64,000 nt of DNA from Flavobacteriaceae bacterium (GTDB lineage Bacteria > Bacteroidota > Bacteroidia > Flavobacteriales > Flavobacteriaceae), in contig JAKISU010000002.1 in the NCBI GenBank assembly GCA_021648445.1, positions 385-64,384 of the forward strand, given 5' to 3'. Both the position numbers and the translations under genes were made by a program. The notes under the pieces are model-generated. The model searched no databases. It was not told the DNA's origin and saw nothing but the letters and a program-made list of their open reading frames with translations. Positions 9,782-19,826 of the stretch are shown in pieces. Numbering within the stretch: position 1 is the stretch's first letter; each line of letters starts with the position of its first letter.

Positions 9782-10444
9782 ATGTTTCATAAAGAAGGAT
9801 ATACCATTATTATAATCTCAATGGTCATTTTAGTATTGTTGATTTTCTTGACAGATGCTTTGTTAGATATTGAATGGCTTAGAAAATTAATCATGATTAT
9901 TTTGGTGCTGTTTTATGTGCTAATCCTTCAGTTTTTTAGAAACCCTAAGCGAAATACTATTGAGAATCTTCATCAAATTATCGCCCCTGTAGATGGTAAA
10001 GTAGTTGTGATTGAAGAAGTTGTTGAAAAAGAATTTTTTAAGGATAAACGCAGGCAAATTTCAATTTTCATGTCACCATTAAATGTTCATGTAACTAGAT
10101 ACCCAATAAGCGGAAAAGTAGTTTTCAGTAAATACCATCCCGGAAAATATTTGGTAGCCTGGCATCCAAAATCATCAGAAGAAAACGAAAGAACAACCAT
10201 TGTTGTAGAAAATGATACCGTTGGCAAAATTTTATATAGGCAAATTGCAGGCGCAGTTGCCAGACGAATTGTAAACTATGCAACCGAAAGCGAAACTGTT
10301 GTTCAAGGTAAAGATGCCGGTTTTATAAAATTCGGATCTAGAATTGATATTTTTTTACCTTTAGACATGAAAGTGAATGTATCATTGAATGATAAACCAA
10401 TTGGAGGAGAAACCGTAATTGCCGAATATAATGCAAACGCTTGA
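9782..10444 (+). CDS. psd: Phosphatidylserine decarboxylase proenzyme
   Basis: FFRNP, ISIFMSPLNVH, GFIKFGSR cleavage motif. Confidence 0.95.
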   Translation: MFHKEGYTIIIISMVILVLLIFLTDALLDIEWLRKLIMIILVLFYVLILQFFRNPKRNTIENLHQIIAPVDGKVVVIEEVVEKEFFKDKRRQISIFMSPLNVHVTRYPISGKVVFSKYHPGKYLVAWHPKSSEENERTTIVVENDTVGKILYRQIAGAVARRIVNYATESETVVQGKDAGFIKFGSRIDIFLPLDMKVNVSLNDKPIGGETVIAEYNANA

Positions 10445-10700
10445 TGAAAGATTTGAAATAGCATTTGAGATAGCATCTGCTATGACTCAAAAATTACCTC
10501 CTGATACTATGCTTAAATTTTATGCATATTATAAATTGGCAACCAAAGGTAAAGCATACTCAACACCATCTGGTGAAAGTCAATTAAGAAATGCTTTTAA
10601 GCTAAATGCTATGTTTCAATTGAATAATATAACTGAAGATGAGGCTAAAGAAAAATATATAGAATTGGTAGAAAATATTACACAACAAAAAATTCCCTAA
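10431..10700 (+). CDS. Acyl-CoA-binding protein
   Basis: LKFYAYYKLAT, AFKLNA, EAKEKYIELV (ACBP pattern). Confidence 0.85.
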   Translation: MQTLDERFEIAFEIASAMTQKLPPDTMLKFYAYYKLATKGKAYSTPSGESQLRNAFKLNAMFQLNNITEDEAKEKYIELVENITQQKIP

Positions 10701-10701
10701 T

Positions 10702-11313
10702 ATGAAACTTTTAAAAAGAATCTCTATTTTTTCGTTTGCTATTCTCCTAAATTTTGCAATCGTTTCTTGTAAAAAAGAAGTAAAAAAAGAACCTGCACAA
10801 TTTTCAATTGAACAAAAAACCATAACAGTTAAATGGACAGGTTATAAAACCACCGATAAAATTGCTGTTAACGGTCAGTTTAAAGAAATTAGTATCAGCA
10901 ATAGTAAAAGTAGTGCTACTGCATTTGAAGCTCTAAATGGCGCAAAATTTAGCATTCCGGTTAGTAGTTTATTTTCTGATAATGATGAACGAGACGGTAA
11001 ACTCAAACAATTATTTTTCGGAATAATGGAAGCAACCCTTTCTTTGACCGGAACGTTGAACTTAAACGATGATGGTACCGGAGATATAGATCTATTAATG
11101 AATGGTGTACAACAAAAAATACCTGTAACTTATATTGCTAGCGGGCAGTTGGTAGAAATTAATGGTACAATGAACTTAGATGATTGGAATGCGCAACCCG
11201 CACTAGCTTCATTAGCTAAAGCTTGCTTTGAACTACATAAAGGACCTGACGGTGAAAGCAAAACTTGGAATGAGGTAACTGTTGGAGCTGCAGTTTATTT
11301 AAGTAAGAAGTAA
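10702..11313 (+). CDS. YceI-like lipoprotein
   Basis: Lipobox IVSC; VKWTGYK and RDGKLK motifs. Confidence 0.75.
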   Translation: MKLLKRISIFSFAILLNFAIVSCKKEVKKEPAQFSIEQKTITVKWTGYKTTDKIAVNGQFKEISISNSKSSATAFEALNGAKFSIPVSSLFSDNDERDGKLKQLFFGIMEATLSLTGTLNLNDDGTGDIDLLMNGVQQKIPVTYIASGQLVEINGTMNLDDWNAQPALASLAKACFELHKGPDGESKTWNEVTVGAAVYLSKK

Positions 11314-11315
11314 CA

Positions 11316-11679
11316 TATACCCAAACCACACAGTCTTTCGGTTTTTTGACTCGTTCGCTGCCCGTCCGGCAGGCGGGTTTCTTCCTTTAACCCGTATTAT
11401 TCACGGATGTTCTATTCCAAAGCCAAACTACCTGCAATCTAAGGAAATGCTCAAAATTTTTATAACCCAAAATTGGGTAAACAATTCCTCTTATAAAAAC
11501 TCCTGTGCTTCCCTTATTTATTGGTATTTTGACTTTTCATAACGAAAACCCATGAATAATACGGGTTAAATGCGTTAAAAAATAAAACCATAACAAAAGT
11601 TATGGTTGAACTTTTTGCCTTTTTAAAGAAAAAAATAACTTTCGCCAAAACTCCCGAAAACCTAAATGGTTTGAGTATA
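11316..11679. mobile_element. 164-bp MITE family A, copy 1, carrying two nested insertions
   Basis: TATACCCAAACCA...TGGTTTGAGTATA. 364 bp minus a 21-bp hairpin (11357-11377) minus MITE B with its TTAA (179 bp) gives exactly 164 bp, the length of copies 2 and 3. Confidence 0.9.
11391..11565. mobile_element. 175-bp MITE family B, copy 2 (inside MITE A)
   Basis: CCCGTATTATTCA...TGAATAATACGGG with duplicated TTAA; empty site ccTTTAAatgcg in MITE A copy 3. Confidence 0.9.
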
Positions 11680-11723
11680 CTAAACGATAGGACTCAACCC
11701 ATGTATCTTAACGAACAAATGTT

Positions 11724-12536
11724 TTAATATTCAGCAACAAATTGTTGTACTAATAAGCTAATCCTTTTTCCTGTAGCTTTTGCAGCTATTTGAACAGCTT
11801 CATGTGAAACCTCTTCAATCATACCTTCTATACCTAGATCGGTTATAACAGAAATACCCAGACAGTGCATACCCATGTGTTTGGCAACAATTACTTCTGG
11901 TACTGTACTCATGCCAACGGCATCTGCACCCATTAGTTTTACCATTTTATATTCAGCAGGAGTTTCAAAAGTAGGTCCCGATAAACTTAAATAAATACCC
12001 TGCTGTACAGCAATGTTTTGTTGTTTTGCTATCTCTTTAAATTTAGTAATCATTTTTAAACTATAAGGTTCATGCATATCTACAAATCGAGATCCAAAAC
12101 GCTCATCATTTTCTCCTCGTAAAGGATGATCAGGTATCATATTTATATGATCAGTTATAATCATAACATCACCAACCTTAAACTGTGGATTTACACCACC
12201 ACAGGCATTAGAAACAATTAATTTTTCAGCTCCTAAAAATTTGAATACACGTACAGGAAAGGTAACTTCTTGCAAAGACCAGCCTTCATAATAATGAAAT
12301 CGTCCTTGTAAGGCAATTACTTTTTTATCTGCTATAGTTCCTAAAATTAAATTCCCAGAATGTCCTTTTACTGTTGACACCGGAAAATTTGGAATTTCAT
12401 CATAAGGAATACTTAATTCTACTGTAATATCATCTACCAAGCCTCCTAAACCTGAGCCGAGAATAATTCCGAAATCAGGTTTACTAAATCCTTTTTGTTG
12501 TAAATAACTAACTGTTTCTTGAACTTTGTTCCACAT
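11724..12536 (-). CDS. punA: Purine-nucleoside phosphorylase (trimeric type)
   Basis: ILGSGLG, QGRFHYYEG, GPTFETPAE, GMSTVPE. Confidence 0.95.
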   Translation of the reverse strand: MWNKVQETVSYLQQKGFSKPDFGIILGSGLGGLVDDITVELSIPYDEIPNFPVSTVKGHSGNLILGTIADKKVIALQGRFHYYEGWSLQEVTFPVRVFKFLGAEKLIVSNACGGVNPQFKVGDVMIITDHINMIPDHPLRGENDERFGSRFVDMHEPYSLKMITKFKEIAKQQNIAVQQGIYLSLSGPTFETPAEYKMVKLMGADAVGMSTVPEVIVAKHMGMHCLGISVITDLGIEGMIEEVSHEAVQIAAKATGKRISLLVQQFVAEY

Positions 12537-13560
12537 ATTTTTTTATCAATTTATTAAAATCTGTTTGATGCGCAATAAAATTTGTATCTATTGGAAGGTA
12601 ATAAAAATTATCTTTTCCAGTAAAACTTCTTACATAATCTTTTTCTGTTGTTAGAATCAATCCCAAAGCCTCGGGATTATCCACTTTAATTTTTGAATAT
12701 CTTTCATAAATTTTATGATAATCTTTTTCAGTAAAACTATAATGATCTGTAAACTTTATGTGATAGTATTTACAATTTATTTTATCTAAAAATGTTGTCA
12801 ATGGCTCTGTGTTAGCTATCCCTGTAACCAGTACAATCTCAAAATTTGACAACTCATTAACTGGCAATTCTGTTTCTTTTCCAATAATGTCTTTTCCGTA
12901 TTTAATACTAGAAAAGAACACTGTTTGATGCAATTCAGCTTTTAATTTTTTTGCAATTTCAAATTGTTGCTGTTCGCTTAACTCATCAGGACATTTGGTA
13001 ACAATAATAATTTGTGCTCTATCAGCACCTTCAATTTTTTCTCTCAAATTACCAGAGGGTAACATTTTATCATCTACATACAAATTACCATAAGAGGTTA
13101 GTAAAATATTCAATCCTGCTTCTACTTTTCTATGTTGATATGCATCATCTAACAAAATAACATCAGGTGCATCTTTTAATTTTGAAAGCTCTGTAATACC
13201 ATTAACTCTATCAGCATCTACAGCAACAATTACATTATTAAATTTAGTATAATATTGCATAGGTTCATCTCCAATATCAAGAGCAGTTGTCACTGCATCA
13301 GCAATTTTAAAACCCTTTGTATGACGCTTATAACCTCTACTGAGTATAGCAACCTTATATTTATCCTGTAAAAGTCGAACTAAATATTCAACTTGAGGTG
13401 TTTTACCTGTACCACCAACACTTAAATTACCTACAACTATAGTCGGAATATCAAAACTTGTAGATTTTAAGATACCTTTATTGTAGAAAGTATTTCTGGC
13501 AGAAGTAATTTCGCCATATAATACAGAAAAAGGAGTTAGTATTTTTCGTAGTAGACTCAC
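12508..13560 (-). CDS. lpxK: Tetraacyldisaccharide 4'-kinase
   Basis: VGNLSVGGTGKTP, LDDAYQH, TTEKD. Confidence 0.97.
   Translation of the reverse strand: MSLLRKILTPFSVLYGEITSARNTFYNKGILKSTSFDIPTIVVGNLSVGGTGKTPQVEYLVRLLQDKYKVAILSRGYKRHTKGFKIADAVTTALDIGDEPMQYYTKFNNVIVAVDADRVNGITELSKLKDAPDVILLDDAYQHRKVEAGLNILLTSYGNLYVDDKMLPSGNLREKIEGADRAQIIIVTKCPDELSEQQQFEIAKKLKAELHQTVFFSSIKYGKDIIGKETELPVNELSNFEIVLVTGIANTEPLTTFLDKINCKYYHIKFTDHYSFTEKDYHKIYERYSKIKVDNPEALGLILTTEKDYVRSFTGKDNFYYLPIDTNFIAHQTDFNKLIKKYVEQSSRNS
12659..12678. repeat. Short hairpin element inside lpxK (encodes NPEALG)
   Basis: aatcccaaagcctcgggatt; near-identical to 30211-30230. Confidence 0.8.
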
Positions 13561-13584
13561 GGCAACGAAAGTACAAAATAGTAA

Positions 13585-14730
13585 TTAATATGATACATTT
13601 TCAACAATCTCTAAGCCATAACCAATAATACCTACACGTTTTTTAATGTGTTTACCATTGGTAATTAACCTGAGTTTTGAAATTTTTAAATCATGTAGAA
13701 TCTGTGCACCAATGCCAAAATCTTTATCATCTAATTTTATTTTTGGTACTTTGGTTTTGTTTTCATGTTGTAATTCTTTTATTAAAGATAACCTATGAAT
13801 CAAATTAAATGATTGGTTTTCTTGATTGATAAACACAATAGCTCCCTTACCTCCATCTTTAATCATCTGAAACATCTTACTAAAACTATCATCAGGTTTA
13901 TTGGTTAATAGTCTTATTATATCATTGTTAATTAACGTAGAATTTACACGGACTAACACAGGCTCTTCTTCTTCCCAATCACCATAAGTTAAAGCCAAAT
14001 GCACTTGGTTATTGGTAGTTTGTTTATAGGCTCTTAGTCGAAAATCTCCAAAACGCGTTTTTAGATCAAAGTCCTCTACTTTTTCAATTAAAGAATCATG
14101 TTGCATTCTATAAGCAACCAAGTCTTCAATAGATATAATTTTTAAATCAAATTTTTTAGCCACCTCTATCAAATGAGGTAATCTTGCCATTGAGCCATCT
14201 TCATTTAATATTTCAACAAGAATACCTACAGGTCTAAACCCTGCAAGTCTTGCTAGATCTACTGCTGCTTCTGTGTGCCCTGTTCGTCTTAAGACACCTC
14301 CATTTTTGGCTCTTAATGGGAAAATGTGTCCGGGTCTTCCTAGATCATGAGGTTTTGTGTCATCATTGACTAATGCTTTGATGGTTTTGGCTCTATCGTG
14401 TACAGAAATCCCGGTAGTACATCCATGACCAATAAGGTCAACTGATACAGTAAACTGTGTTTGATGTAAAACGGTATTGTTTTGCACCATCATATTTAAA
14501 TCTAATGCTTTAGATCTTCTCTCAGTAATTGGTGCGCAGATAAGACCTCTGCCTTGAGATGACATAAAGTTTATCATTTCGGGTGTTACCGTTTCAGCTG
14601 CAGCAATAAAATCGCCTTCGTTTTCACGATCTTCGTCATCAACAACAATAACCATTTTACCTTTTTTTATATCGGTAATGGCTTCTTTAATTGTATTTAA
14701 TTGTAAGGTATTTGATTTTGTTGAAATCAT
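13585..14730 (-). CDS. ribB: 3,4-dihydroxy-2-butanone-4-phosphate synthase with degenerate GTP cyclohydrolase II domain (RibBX type)
   Basis: DDEDRENEGD, RPGHIFPL, GHTEA; the C-domain lacks the zinc cysteines. Confidence 0.92.
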   Translation of the reverse strand: MISTKSNTLQLNTIKEAITDIKKGKMVIVVDDEDRENEGDFIAAAETVTPEMINFMSSQGRGLICAPITERRSKALDLNMMVQNNTVLHQTQFTVSVDLIGHGCTTGISVHDRAKTIKALVNDDTKPHDLGRPGHIFPLRAKNGGVLRRTGHTEAAVDLARLAGFRPVGILVEILNEDGSMARLPHLIEVAKKFDLKIISIEDLVAYRMQHDSLIEKVEDFDLKTRFGDFRLRAYKQTTNNQVHLALTYGDWEEEEPVLVRVNSTLINNDIIRLLTNKPDDSFSKMFQMIKDGGKGAIVFINQENQSFNLIHRLSLIKELQHENKTKVPKIKLDDKDFGIGAQILHDLKISKLRLITNGKHIKKRVGIIGYGLEIVENVSY

Positions 14731-16175
14731 TATTTTATAGAATTTGATTTTTTAATTTTAAACTTTTTTTTGAAAAAATTGGTTATTGGTTGTAAAAAGA
14801 CATCAATATTAAAAATACCTTTGTCTTTAGTTGCTCTTCTCATCAATAAAAAGCCTAATGGTAACAAAACAATAGTTGATAACCACCCGCCTAAAGCAGC
14901 AGTTATAGTACTTGAATGTGCCATGTTTTTTCCAAAAGTAGAAATGAAAAAATAAATAACAAAGACAATAATTGCCATTATCATTGGAAAACCAAAACCT
15001 CCTTTTCTAATAATAGAGCCTAAAGGTGCTCCAATAAAAAACAAGACTAAACATGCTATCGAAAATGCCAAGCGCCTATGAAACTCTACGTTATATACAT
15101 TTAAAAATTTTTGTTTATTCTTTAAAAGTTTTCTAAAGCCATTAATATCTTCTAAAGATCTTTTAGAAAATTCTATAGCGTTATTTATTACTTTAACTTT
15201 ATTTATGGTATCATAATTTTCTAAAATATTTTCATTAATACTGCTGAGATCTGTTGAGTCTTTATTTATAGTTTTAAACCCTGCTCTACTAATAAAATTT
15301 TTAGCTTTTGTAGTTATAAATTCATCATAAGGTAACTTTAAAGAGTCTGTATAATAATTTAATTGGTTTAAACTGAGCATTTCTCTGTCCTCTTTATAGT
15401 CTTTTGCATCCATATTACCCATCACTGAAATATCAATATTTACTATATACTCCTCAAAATGAGCCTTAGTAGCAGGCATATTTTGTTGTTGTTTATATGA
15501 TTTTCTCTTTTCATCTAACTCATCATAATGATATCCATTTTTCAATACTAAAGTCATATATTTACTCCCCTCTTCATTTGTAATTATACCTTTTTTAGCC
15601 GTGATTACTTTAGTATTCGCCTTACCTTTATTTAAATCATAATAAATATGAACATCTTTTAATAGATTGTCATCTTTACCATATTTTTCGGCAAATTTAA
15701 TGCTATAACCCGGAATTTCTGTATTAAAAGTGCCAGGTACTAATGCCAATGCTGGTTGTGTTTTTTGCATATCTACCAACATATTCTTAAACTTAAAAGC
15801 CGCTCTTGGAAATGCATAATTCAAAAACAAAAAATTCAATCCGCTTAATACAACCATTAAAATTACCAATGGTCTTATAAAACGTTGTAATGAAATACCT
15901 GCTGACTTTATAGCCGCAAATTCATAATTTTCTGACAAGGTGCCTAAAGCCATAATAGAAGATAATAATATAGCAATAGGTAGAGCTAAAGGCACTTGCA
16001 TTTGTGCTAAATAGCCTAAAAATTTAAATATATGACCAAGACCAATACCTTTTCCTGCAATTTTGTCAAACTGAAGCCATAACATTTGCATTACCAACAC
16101 AAACAAAATGATAAAAAATGTAGCTAAAAAAGGAATTAAAAAACTTTTGAGAATATATTTATTTAATATTTTCAC
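14730..16175 (-). CDS. LptF/LptG family LPS export permease
   Basis: LPIAILLSS...ENYEFAAIKSAGISL, IGAPLGSIIRKGG. Confidence 0.9.
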   Translation of the reverse strand: MKILNKYILKSFLIPFLATFFIILFVLVMQMLWLQFDKIAGKGIGLGHIFKFLGYLAQMQVPLALPIAILLSSIMALGTLSENYEFAAIKSAGISLQRFIRPLVILMVVLSGLNFLFLNYAFPRAAFKFKNMLVDMQKTQPALALVPGTFNTEIPGYSIKFAEKYGKDDNLLKDVHIYYDLNKGKANTKVITAKKGIITNEEGSKYMTLVLKNGYHYDELDEKRKSYKQQQNMPATKAHFEEYIVNIDISVMGNMDAKDYKEDREMLSLNQLNYYTDSLKLPYDEFITTKAKNFISRAGFKTINKDSTDLSSINENILENYDTINKVKVINNAIEFSKRSLEDINGFRKLLKNKQKFLNVYNVEFHRRLAFSIACLVLFFIGAPLGSIIRKGGFGFPMIMAIIVFVIYFFISTFGKNMAHSSTITAALGGWLSTIVLLPLGFLLMRRATKDKGIFNIDVFLQPITNFFKKKFKIKKSNSIK

Positions 16176-16275
16176 TCGTTTAAATTTTGATAATCAATTG
16201 TATAGAGAACCGTTCTTAATAATAAATTCTATTCTCGATACTAATTTTTATGCAAAAATAGGCAAAAAAAATTCA

Positions 16276-16300
16276 CTCGTCCCGAAACGTCGGGAGACGA
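16276..16300. terminator. Hairpin downstream of lolA whose loop is a TCCCGA...TCGGGA element
   Basis: tcgt-cccgaaacgtcggga-gacga with an A-tract on the left (U-tract on the minus strand). Confidence 0.5.
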
Positions 16301-16338
16301 AATTTCATCAAAATGCACAACGAGTTAAATCTTTTTAA

Positions 16339-16986
16339 TTACAGTTTATTAATAATGTACCCTTTCTTTTCATACTTATCTTCATCAAATAAAAACAATT
16401 CCCCAGACAAAGGTTGATTGGTTTTAAATTGAGTAATTGTCAATGTAGTTACTGTACTATTATTACCCGTTTCAATTAATCGATAAATATGATTTGTTTT
16501 TGTATCAACACCCAACAATACATTACTTATTTCAGAATTACTATCAATTGGAATTAATTTAACATACTGAATTTTTCTTCCATTCATATTTTTTACAACA
16601 TCCCAACTATAGGTAAATCCGTTTTTATAAAATGAGAAAAATTTTGAAGGTGTAAGTGTACTTGAATCTTCAACATCAGCATCAGAAATATTTACTTCTT
16701 CGTCTTCAGATATTATTGAATATACTTTTTTACCGTCATATAACTGATTGACACCTAAAAAATTTACATTATACAAATCATCTTTCATAGTTGCATCACC
16801 TCTAGTTTCTTGGTGTACATTTTCTTCATTATTTTCTAATTTATATTTAAATTCAACATAAATATTTTCATAGGCATTCATTTTTTTTGATACCTCATCT
16901 AATAATTTTTTGGCTTTTGCTTCACTTTGTGCGATTGTCACTGTACTTACCAAAACAGTAACTAATAATAAAATAACTTTTTTCAT
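16339..16986 (-). CDS. lolA: LolA family outer-membrane lipoprotein carrier
   Basis: Signal peptide, DGKKVY...EEVNI; directly downstream of ftsK. Confidence 0.8.
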   Translation of the reverse strand: MKKVILLLVTVLVSTVTIAQSEAKAKKLLDEVSKKMNAYENIYVEFKYKLENNEENVHQETRGDATMKDDLYNVNFLGVNQLYDGKKVYSIISEDEEVNISDADVEDSSTLTPSKFFSFYKNGFTYSWDVVKNMNGRKIQYVKLIPIDSNSEISNVLLGVDTKTNHIYRLIETGNNSTVTTLTITQFKTNQPLSGELFLFDEDKYEKKGYIINKL

Positions 16987-16987
16987 C

Positions 16988-19351
16988 TTAATTAATTTGT
17001 TCATTCTTTAATAATTCTTCTAGAGCCAACACGTCTGATACTAATACTTGACGCGCTTTACTTCCTTCAAAAGGACCTACAATACCTGCAGCTTCTAATT
17101 GATCAATAATTCTTCCTGCTCTATTATATCCTAACTTTAATTTTCGTTGTAATAAAGATGCTGAACCTTGTTGCGCATTTACAATAACATATGCAGCATC
17201 ACCAAACAAAGCATCTCTATCTGCAATATCAATATCAAGACCTGTGCCACTTTCTTCACCAACATATTCCGGCAAAAGATGTGCACTGGCATAAGCACGC
17301 TGTGAACCTATATAATCAGTAATTCTATCAATTTCCGGGGTATCGACAAAAGCACATTGCAATCTTGTCAACTCATTACCTGTTGAAATCAGCATATCAC
17401 CTTTACCAATTAACTGGTCGGCACCTTGAGCATCTAAAATTGTTCTAGAATCAATTTTAGAAGTTACTCTAAATGCTACTCTAACCGGGAAGTTGGCTTT
17501 AATGATACCTGTAATTACATTAACCGACGGACGTTGAGTAGCTACAATTAAATGAATACCCACAGCTCTTGCTAATTGAGCCAAACGAGCTATTGGCGTT
17601 TCTACTTCTTTACCGGTTGTCATAATAAGATCAGCAAACTCATCAATAACCAACACTATATATGGTAAAAATTTATGCCCGTTTTCCGGATTCAATTTTC
17701 TGGATTTAAACTTTTCGTTATACTCTTTAATATTTCTTACATATGCATCTTTAAGCATATCATAACGATTATCCATTTCAATACACAATGAATTTAATGT
17801 ATTGATAACTTTGGTAGTATCTGTAATAATAGCTTCTTCAGAATCAGGTAATTTTGCTAAATAATGACGTTCAATTTTATTAAAAAGAGTCAATTCTACC
17901 TTTTTAGGGTCTACCAATACAAACTTAACTTCTGCAGGATGTTTTTTATATAATAACGAAGCCAATACAGCATTCAATCCGACCGATTTACCTTGCCCGG
18001 TTGCACCTGCCATTAATAAATGAGGCATTTTAGCCAAATCAATTACAAAAGTTTCATTTGAAATGGTTTTCCCTAAGGCTAATGGCAATTCCATTTTTGC
18101 ATTTTGAAACTTTTGAGTAGAAAGCACCGATTTCATTGAAACTATAGTAGGTTTTTTATTTGGCACTTCAATACCAATAGTTCCTCTACCAGGAATTGGT
18201 GCAATAATACGAATACCCAAAGCAGCTAATGATAATGCTATATCATCTTCAAGATTCTTTATTTTAGATATTCTTACACCTGCTTCAGGTACTATTTCAT
18301 ATAATGTAACTGTTGGTCCAATAGTTGCTTTGATACTTGCAATTCCTATTTTATAATTACTTAGTGTATCAACTATCTTATCTTTATTGATCTCTAATTC
18401 TTCCTTATCAATAGTAATATTTTCATTACCATAATCTTTTAATAAATCTAGCGTAGGAAACTTATATTCAGATAGTTCTAAAGTAGGATCAAACTCGCCA
18501 AAATCTTCAACCAGTTTATTAGAAAGGTTTTCAACCAAGTGGTCTTCTTCAAACATTTTTTCAACTTCAATCTCTACTTCTTCATGTTGTGGTGTATCAA
18601 CCTCAATATCTAGTTCTTTTTTTATTATAGGTTTCTTTTCCTCTTTAACAGGAATTTTATCACCTAAAGAAAGTTCAAGTTCTGAGTTTGAATTTTCATG
18701 AATAGTTTCAGAAATATAACCTTCATCAGTTATATCATCTATTCCTGATTGACCTATTGTTTTTTCTTTCTTTTTCGGAAGTGCAGTTTTTAACGATTCT
18801 GGAGTTATCTTAAACTTAGATATAACATATGCCAATAAGGTGAATAATAAAATTAAAAATACACCTGTTCTACCAATGAAATCGCTTAAAAAATCATTTA
18901 TTTCATAACCAATAATACCAGAAAACAATGAATGATCTGGTGCGAAAAAACCAATTGCCAATGCCAACCAAATCATTGTAAGCACACCCCAAAACCAAGA
19001 CTTACGTAAAGGTTTAAAAGGTAAATTAAATACTGAGAAAAGTCCCGTAAAAAATATTAAAATAGGAATGATAAATGAAGGTATACCAAAACCTCTATAA
19101 ATAAAAAAATGACTTATTTTAGCTCCAATTTTACCTAATAGATTTTTAGAATTTACAACTCTATCTGTAAACAAATCTAATTGACTTTGATCTGCTTTCC
19201 AATGCATAAAAAAAGACACAAAAGATACTAGCATAAAAATAGCAAACAATACCAAAAACACACCAAAAACCAGGTGTGTTTGTTTGCTTTTAAAAAATCC
19301 AACAATGCGATTTTTTTTAACTTTAGATCTTGTCTTTTTTTTCTTTGCCAT
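16988..19351 (-). CDS. ftsK: DNA translocase FtsK
   Basis: 4TM N-terminus, AGATGQGKS, IDEFADL, gamma domain LQRKLKLGYNRA. Confidence 0.97.
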   Translation of the reverse strand: MAKKKKTRSKVKKNRIVGFFKSKQTHLVFGVFLVLFAIFMLVSFVSFFMHWKADQSQLDLFTDRVVNSKNLLGKIGAKISHFFIYRGFGIPSFIIPILIFFTGLFSVFNLPFKPLRKSWFWGVLTMIWLALAIGFFAPDHSLFSGIIGYEINDFLSDFIGRTGVFLILLFTLLAYVISKFKITPESLKTALPKKKEKTIGQSGIDDITDEGYISETIHENSNSELELSLGDKIPVKEEKKPIIKKELDIEVDTPQHEEVEIEVEKMFEEDHLVENLSNKLVEDFGEFDPTLELSEYKFPTLDLLKDYGNENITIDKEELEINKDKIVDTLSNYKIGIASIKATIGPTVTLYEIVPEAGVRISKIKNLEDDIALSLAALGIRIIAPIPGRGTIGIEVPNKKPTIVSMKSVLSTQKFQNAKMELPLALGKTISNETFVIDLAKMPHLLMAGATGQGKSVGLNAVLASLLYKKHPAEVKFVLVDPKKVELTLFNKIERHYLAKLPDSEEAIITDTTKVINTLNSLCIEMDNRYDMLKDAYVRNIKEYNEKFKSRKLNPENGHKFLPYIVLVIDEFADLIMTTGKEVETPIARLAQLARAVGIHLIVATQRPSVNVITGIIKANFPVRVAFRVTSKIDSRTILDAQGADQLIGKGDMLISTGNELTRLQCAFVDTPEIDRITDYIGSQRAYASAHLLPEYVGEESGTGLDIDIADRDALFGDAAYVIVNAQQGSASLLQRKLKLGYNRAGRIIDQLEAAGIVGPFEGSKARQVLVSDVLALEELLKNEQIN

Positions 19352-19417
19352 TAATAGTAACTATAACTCAACAAAAATACATAAAAATATAAGAGATAGC
19401 AGGCTTGTAGCAAAAGA

Positions 19418-19789
19418 TTAAGAAATTTTTGGCAGGTATATAATTAAACCAATAATTACAGCAATAATAGCTGCAATAATAGCTGCTCCGGCAGAAATAT
19501 CTTTAATAAAACCTATCTTCTTATGATAATCAGGATGGATAAAATCAGACAATTTTTCAATACCGGTGTTTAGTGATTCAGCAACTAAGACCAAACCAAT
19601 AGCTAATAATTGAAACATCCACTCAATAGCAGAAATATCAAATACAAAACCTACAATAGTCATTATAATTGCAATACTAAATTGCACCATGATACTAGGC
19701 TCTGTAGTAATTAATAGCCAAGCACCTCGTAAAGCAAATTTAAAGCTTCTTATTCTACCACGTAAAAAATTATCATTAGGATTTTTCAT
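19418..19789 (-). CDS. dgkA: Diacylglycerol/undecaprenol kinase family
   Basis: ESLNTGIEKLSD, IKDISAGA. Confidence 0.88.
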   Translation of the reverse strand: MKNPNDNFLRGRIRSFKFALRGAWLLITTEPSIMVQFSIAIIMTIVGFVFDISAIEWMFQLLAIGLVLVAESLNTGIEKLSDFIHPDYHKKIGFIKDISAGAAIIAAIIAVIIGLIIYLPKIS

Positions 19790-19826
19790 TGGTTAAAGTT
19801 CAATTTGCGGAATCAAAGATGATTAT

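Noticed and set aside
16108-16338. 76-aa plus-strand ORF
   Set aside because: Overlaps the lptF-like start, its promoter and a hairpin; no coding signal.
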